Below are positions 58,245-64,000 of a DNA stretch of 64,000 nt, one piece after another. This DNA is from an uncultured delta proteobacterium (lineage in GTDB: Bacteria; Myxococcota; Myxococcia; Myxococcales; Anaeromyxobacteraceae). The notes beneath the pieces were generated by a model. It saw nothing but the letters and a program-made list of their open reading frames with translations. It made no database searches and was not told the DNA's origin. Positions within the stretch are counted from its first letter, which is position 1. Each line of letters opens with the position of its first letter. The stretch covers positions 166,526-230,525 of the forward strand of contig CAWHDZ010000027.1 in the NCBI GenBank assembly GCA_963828255.1. The letters run 5' to 3'. The position numbers and the translations under genes are program-made.

Positions 58245-60599
58245 CTACTGGGCCCTGAGGGCCGGGGGCGCCTGGTTGCCGTTCAGCGCGTCGATCTGGG
58301 CCTGGGTCATGCCCGTGCCGCCGCCGAAGCCGCGCATGTGGGCGATCGACGGACCCTGCGTGTGGCAGGAGCCGCAGGTGGCGAACCACGGCGTGGTGCG
58401 GAGGTTGTTGGCCGGATTGGCCGGGTCGATCATGGTGGAGGTACCGTTCGAGCCCGCCATCGGCATGAAGTAGGCCGTCGGCGAGTCGACGTGGCAGGCC
58501 TGGCAGTAGGCACCCGGAGCCGGGTAGCTCGCGCCCTCCTCGCCGTTGAGCCACATCTTCCCGTTGTGGATCTCGTGGACCATGACCTTGAAGTCCACCG
58601 TATCCTCGACCGGACCGGCCGGAACGCCGGTGACCGGGTCGGGGCGGAACCAGTCGGGCCAGGTCGCCTCGGTGTTGTGGCAGGTGGCGCACAGCTCCAC
58701 GCTGCCCTGACGGGACCCGCCGTGGAGGCTGAGGTTGCCGTGGCAGGCGTTGCACTTCGCGATGCTGACGAACGCGGTGGCCTTGACGGAAGCCGCGGCC
58801 GCGCCGGTGCTGGTGTTGGTGAGGTTCGACGAGTAGTACCCCACCGCGGCGTTCAGGGGGATGCGCAGGGCCGGGGTCACGTTGGGCTTCACGGCGCGGC
58901 CGTAGACCGCCACCGTGATGGGCACGACGCCGATGGCCGGCAACGCCACCTTGGAGGTGACCTTGAAGGTGCCGGGGGCGACCTCCTCGACCGAGCCCGT
59001 GTTCACGTTTCCGGTGGTGGTGAGCGCGTTCAGCGGGAAGACGCGGCCATCGATCGGAAGGCCCGAGGTCGGGTCGACCACGCCGGTGTTGGTGTAGGGT
59101 CCGGTCCTCCAGCCGATGCCGACCGTGAGGCTGCCGACCGGCACGCCGGTGGTCGTGTTGACCCAGTAGGGGCTGGTCTTGATGTTCGAGTTGGCTGCGT
59201 TCAGCACCCGGAAGGTCACCACCGGGAACTGGCCCGCGCCGGTGCTCGCCACGGAGACGATCGCGAAGGCAGGCTGCGCGCCGTCCACCGCGGTGCCGGT
59301 GTTCCAGAGGGCCGCCTCGACCTTGGCCGGGATGGCGTGCTGCGACAGGACGCTGGCCTCCGTGTGGCAGGTCGTGCAGAGCGAGGTCACCGTGACGGCG
59401 AACGATTCGTGGGACGTCCCGGCGGCAGCGTTGGGGGAGAACTTCACGTTCTCGTGGCAGCCCTTGCAGGCCTCGACGCCCGGCATGGTGGCGCCGAAGA
59501 TGCTCTGGTTGCCCTGGTGGCAGGTCTCGCAGTTGCGGACGTCCTGCGGGTAGGTGAACTGATGCTCGACGCCACGGACCGAGTAGTTGAGGTTCATCTG
59601 CCTGGCGGCGTGGATGCCGTGGACCATGAGCGAGAAGTTGACGCTGCTCGGCGGACCGACGGTGTTCGACCGGAAGGCCTGGTCGGTGTGGCAGGTGGCG
59701 CAGTACTGCGCCTCGACGCGGCGGCCGTGGACCGCGAGCTTGCCGTGGCAGGCGTTGCAGGCCGCGGTGGTGACGATCTCACGATCGTTGGCGGTGGGCG
59801 TCACGAAGCCGGGGCTGACAAGGTTCGTGGTGCCATTCGCCATGAGCGTGACGGGGGCGCCGCCCTGCGGATTCGGAACGGTGAAGCCGCTTCCGAGCTG
59901 GATGCCGATCTGGAGCTGCTCCGTGGAGGTTGCGTAGTCCCAGGCGCTCTTCAGGATGGGGCGGACTCCGAAGGTGCAGGTGTACACGCCGGTCGCGCCG
60001 GCCACCGGAGTGGCCGAGCAGTTCGACGAGCTCGGGTTGGCGCCATTCAGGATCACGGAGGTGAGCTGGTAGTTGTCCGGGGCGTTGGGGCTCAGGACGT
60101 ACTTCACGGCGGTCATCGCGAACATGGCGGCGGCCGGCGTGCCGGTCGGAACCACGGGAGCCCCGGTACCGTCCCTCAGGGTGAAGGTCACGGTCGGGAC
60201 GCTGGCGTCACCCGTCGCGGTGGTCACGTCAGACCAGGAGAGGGAGTCGATCGTGATCGAGCCCTTGTAGATGGCGGCCGTCTGGGCCGAGTTGTGGAAG
60301 GTGTTCTGGTTCACGAGGCCGGCGGCGGGGGAGGTCACCGTCGTGTCCTGGTTGTGGCAGAGGAAGCAGCTCTCGGCCGTCACGGCGAGCGGACCGGTGG
60401 GGCCGGTGGCGCCCGTCGCGCCGGTGGCGCCGGTCGCGCCCGTGGCACCCGTCGCGCCGGTTGCGCCTGCGGGGCCGGTGGGGCCGGTCGCGCCTGCGGG
60501 GCCGGTCTCGCCCTGCGGACCGGTGTCGCCCGAACAGGCCGTCAGGCCGAGGCCTGCCGCGACCAGCACGGAAAGTGTCATGAGCTTCGACGTTCGCAT
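58245..60599 (-). CDS. OmcA/MtrC-family decaheme lipoprotein with N-terminal collagen-like stalk (copy 1, intact)
   Basis: Lipobox [46 protein letters not shown]; second half [26 protein letters not shown]; 10 CxxCH. Confidence 0.9.
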   Translation of the reverse strand: MRTSKLMTLSVLVAAGLGLTACSGDTGPQGETGPAGATGPTGPAGATGATGATGATGATGATGATGPTGPLAVTAESCFLCHNQDTTVTSPAAGLVNQNTFHNSAQTAAIYKGSITIDSLSWSDVTTATGDASVPTVTFTLRDGTGAPVVPTGTPAAAMFAMTAVKYVLSPNAPDNYQLTSVILNGANPSSSNCSATPVAGATGVYTCTFGVRPILKSAWDYATSTEQLQIGIQLGSGFTVPNPQGGAPVTLMANGTTNLVSPGFVTPTANDREIVTTAACNACHGKLAVHGRRVEAQYCATCHTDQAFRSNTVGPPSSVNFSLMVHGIHAARQMNLNYSVRGVEHQFTYPQDVRNCETCHQGNQSIFGATMPGVEACKGCHENVKFSPNAAAGTSHESFAVTVTSLCTTCHTEASVLSQHAIPAKVEAALWNTGTAVDGAQPAFAIVSVASTGAGQFPVVTFRVLNAANSNIKTSPYWVNTTTGVPVGSLTVGIGWRTGPYTNTGVVDPTSGLPIDGRVFPLNALTTTGNVNTGSVEEVAPGTFKVTSKVALPAIGVVPITVAVYGRAVKPNVTPALRIPLNAAVGYYSSNLTNTSTGAAAASVKATAFVSIAKCNACHGNLSLHGGSRQGSVELCATCHNTEATWPDWFRPDPVTGVPAGPVEDTVDFKVMVHEIHNGKMWLNGEEGASYPAPGAYCQACHVDSPTAYFMPMAGSNGTSTMIDPANPANNLRTTPWFATCGSCHTQGPSIAHMRGFGGGTGMTQAQIDALNGNQAPPALRAQ
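60387..60530 (-). repeat. 9-bp coding tandem repeat encoding 16 Gly-X-Y triplets (collagen-like)
   Basis: [21 protein letters not shown] (GAT)x7 GPT GPL read from DNA. Confidence 0.85.
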
Positions 60600-60710
60600 T
60601 TGCGCTCCCTGGGCCGGCAGACGGGTTCGTCCGCGGGTTGGCGTCGCGGCATCTTATCGGAGTTGGTGGCCTCGGGTCTTTCGATTGATCGCGTCAACGG
60701 CGGGCAAGCG

Positions 60711-60780
60711 AAGGGCCCACCGCCTTTCGGCGACGGGCCCTCTTTTCTTCACGGGCCCCGGGGACGGATCCCCGGGGCCT
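60711..60780 (-). terminator. Tandem hairpins (TCCG loop, then GAAA loop) downstream of MtrC-like copy 2
   Basis: GGCCCCGGGGA-TCCG-TCCCCGGGGCC and GGGCCCGTCGCC-GAAA-GGCGGTGGGCCC followed by TTCGCTT. Confidence 0.6.
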
Positions 60781-60791
60781 CGGGTTTCAGG

Positions 60792-63128
60792 CTACTGGGC
60801 CCTGAGGGCCGGGGGCGCCTGGTTGCCGTTCAGCGCGTCGATCTGGGCCTGGGTCATGCCCGTGCCGCCGCCGAAGCCGCGCATGTGGGCGATCGACGGA
60901 CCCTGCGTGTGGCAGGAGCCGCAGGTGGCGAACCACGGCGTGGTGCGGAGGTTGTTGGCCGGATTGGCCGGGTCGATCTTGGTCGAGGTCCCGCTCGAGC
61001 CCGCCATCGGCATGAAGTATGCCGAGGGGGAGTCGACGTGGCAGGCCTGGCAGTAGGCACCCGGGGCCGGGTAGCTCGCGCCCTCCTCGCCGTTGAGCCA
61101 CATCTTGCCGTTGTGGATCTCGTGGACCATGACCTTGAAGTCCACCGTGCCCTCGACCGGACCGGCCGGCACCCCGGTGATCGGATCGGGGCGGAACCAG
61201 TCGGGCCAGGTCGCCTCGGTGTTGTGGCACGTGGCGCACAGCTCCACGCTGCCCTGCCGGGACCCGCCGTGGAGGCTGAGGTTCTTGTGGCAGTTGTTGC
61301 ACTTCGCGATGCTGACGAACGCGGTGGCCTTGACGGAAGCCGCGGCCGCGCCGGTGCTGGTGTTGGTGAGGTTCGACGAGTAGTACCCCACCGCGGCGTT
61401 CAGGGGGATGCGCAGGGTCGGGGTCACGCCGGGCTTCACGGCGCGGCCGTAGACCGCCACGGTGATGGGCACGACGCCGATGGCCGGCAACGCCACCTTG
61501 GAGGTGACCTTGAAGGTGCCGGGGGCGACCTCCTCGACCGAGCCCGTGTTCACGTTTCCGGTGGTGGTGAGCGCGTTCAGCGGGAAGACGCGGCCATCGT
61601 TCGGAAGGCCCGAGGTCGGGTCGACCACGCCGGTGTTGGTGTAGGGTCCGGTCCTCCAGCCGATGCCGACCGTGAGGCTACCGACCGGCGCGCCGGTGGT
61701 CGTGTTGACCCAGTAGGGGCTGGTCTTGATGTTGGAGTTGGTTGGGTTCAGCACCCGGAAGGTCACCACCGGGAACTGGCCCGCGCCGGTGCTCGCGACG
61801 GAGACGATCGCGAAGGCAGGCTGCGCGCCGTCCACCGCGGTGCCGGTGTTCCAGAGGGCCGCCTCGACCTCGGCCGGGATGGCGTGGTTCTGCAGATCGC
61901 ATCCTGGGTGTGGCAGAGTGACGCAGTTGGCGGTCGGGAGGACCGTGATGCGAGCGCCCCACCCGGGTGGGCGTTCGTGCCGAACCCGGTGTTCTCGTGA
62001 CAACCCGTACAGGCCTCGACGCCCGGCATGCTGGCGCCGAAGATGCCCTGGTTGCCCTGGTGGCAGGTCTCGCAGTTGCGGACGTCCTGCGGGTAGGTGA
62101 ACTGATGCTCGACGCCACGGACCGAGTAGTTGAGGTTCATCTGCCTGGCGGCGTGGATGCCGTGGACCATGAGCGAGAAGTTGACGCTGCTCGGCGGACC
62201 GACGGTGTTCGACCGGAAGGCCTGGTCGGTGTGGCAGGTGGCGCAGTACTGCGCCTCGACGCGGCGGCCGTGGACCGCGAGCTTGCCGTGGCAGGCGTTG
62301 CAGGCCGCGGTGGTGACGATCTCACGATCGTTGGCGGTGGGCGTCACGAAGCCGGGGCTGACGAGGTTCGTGGTGCCATTCGCCATGAGCGTGACGGGGG
62401 CGCCGCCCTGCGGATTCGGAACGGTGAAGCCGCTTCCGAGCTGGATGCCGATCTGGAGCTGCTCCGTGGAGGTTGCGTAGGTCCCAGGCGCTCTTCGGGA
62501 TGGGGCGGACTCCGAAGGTGCAGGTGTACACGCCGGTCGCGCCCCACCGGAGTGGCCGAGCAGTTCGACGAGCTCGGGTTGGCGCCATTCAGGATCACGG
62601 AGGTGAGCTGGTAGTTGTCCGGGGCGTTGGGGCTCAGGACGTACTTCACGGCGGTCATCGCGAACATGGCGGCGGCCGGCTGCCGGTCGGAACCACGGGA
62701 GCCCCGGTCCGTCCCTCAGGGTGAAGGTCACGGTCGGGACCTGGCGTCACCCGTCGCGGTGGTCACGTCAGACCAGGAGAGGGAGTCGATCGTGATCGAG
62801 CCCTTGTAGATGGCGGCCGTCTGGGCCGAGTTGTGGAAGGTGTTCTGGTTCACGAGGCCGCGGGGAGGTCACCGTCGTGTCCTGGTTGTGGCAGAGGAAG
62901 CAGCTCTCGGCCGTCACGGCGAGCGGACCGGTGGGGCCGGTGGCGCCCGTCGCGCCGGTCGCGCCCGTGGCACCCGTCGCGCCGGTTGCGCCTGCGGGGC
63001 CGGTGGGGCCGGTCGCGCCTGCGGGGCCGGTGGCCGTCGCCCTGCGGACCGGTGTCGCCCGAACAGGCCGTCAGGCCGAGGCCTGCCGCGACCAGCACGG
63101 AAAGTGTCATGAGCTTCGACGTTCGCAT
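60792..63128 (-). pseudogene. OmcA/MtrC-family lipoprotein copy 2, multiply frameshifted in its 5' half (pseudogene or sequencing error)
   Basis: Near-identical to 58245-60599 by eye; AAGGAGG SD; about ten small indels between ~61890 and ~63040; 3' half in frame. Confidence 0.8.
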
Positions 63129-63764
63129 TTGTACTGCCTCCTTGGACTGACTGGACTTCGGATGAGGATCGAGCCCGTCGCTCGCTTCACTGAGGGATGA
63201 ACTCGAGGACGCGCAAGGTACACCGATCGGGCCGCGACCGGGAGGGGGCTTCCGTCCCCTGACCTCGCGACGCGAAGACGCGGAACCCGCTCGAACAAGC
63301 GCTTATCCGCGATCGCCCTCGCGACGACATTCACTCAACGTCATGACAGGACGCGTCGAGCCGCGCGCAAGGGTTTCGCTCCGGAACACTCCTGGTTCAG
63401 TCGTGGAGGGCGCGTCGCGCGACGGGGATGCAGGCAGCCGTCCTCCCGGCGACCGGTCGATCACCGGGGCGCTTCCCGTGTCTTATTATGAGGATGCATT
63501 CATCTTGGATCTGCAGGGCCGTCGGTTGCAGCCTCCGCAGGGGGAGCGTCCTTCCGGGACCGCGTCCCTCGGGTCCGGTGGCGAGGCCCCATCCAGCGGC
63601 TCCTTCCACCCCGCATGGTTTGCGCCTCGACCGGCTTCGGGCGGAGGCTCAGAGCGCCGTCTCGGCGGGCACGAAGGGACCGGTCGCCACCCCGAAGGGT
63701 GGCGTGCCCCCTCGTCGGAGTCACCCCCGATGAGCCTGGACGCCTTGTACCCGAAAGGGTCCCT

Positions 63765-64000
<236 letters not shown>

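Noticed and set aside
60685..60697. FNR-like TTGATCGCGTCAA upstream of MtrC-like copy 1
   Set aside because: Spacer is one base short and its position relative to TAAGAT does not fit class II geometry; could still be a site for another regulator

Overview
High-GC bacterial chromosome segment, most consistent with an Anaeromyxobacter-like Myxococcota organism (inferred from gene content). The left 22 kb is a dense extracellular-electron-transfer locus. It has two OmcS-like hexaheme cytochromes, the larger bracketed by a sigma54-type promoter and a terminator. They sit among an NHL beta-propeller, an outer-membrane beta-barrel with an inserted discoidin-like domain, two CsgG/DUF799-like proteins and two parvulin PPIases, which resembles the Geobacter omcS-companion nanowire assembly cluster. 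The locus also encodes a 42-heme cytochrome, a ~10-heme and a 3-heme cytochrome, a TMTC-like GT-C glycosyltransferase, and two Thr/Gly-rich lipoprotein cytochromes (~19 and ~31 heme motifs) behind a class II FNR/CRP-type promoter. The middle is mostly housekeeping: an NfnAB-rubrerythrin fusion, tpx, FHA-GGDEF, TolC, a ZnR-GYF-TPR protein, hslO, selB, an NtrC-type two-component system, stand-alone nuoLMN, selA and an OmpR-type two-component system. The right end holds a tandem pair of near-identical OmcA/MtrC-family lipoprotein genes with collagen-like stalks and an apparently circularly permuted heme arrangement (one copy frameshifted), then the 3' end of fadJ. No rRNA, tRNA, CRISPR array or mobile element was recognised. 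Heme counts are manual motif counts; family assignments come from motif recognition, not database searches.
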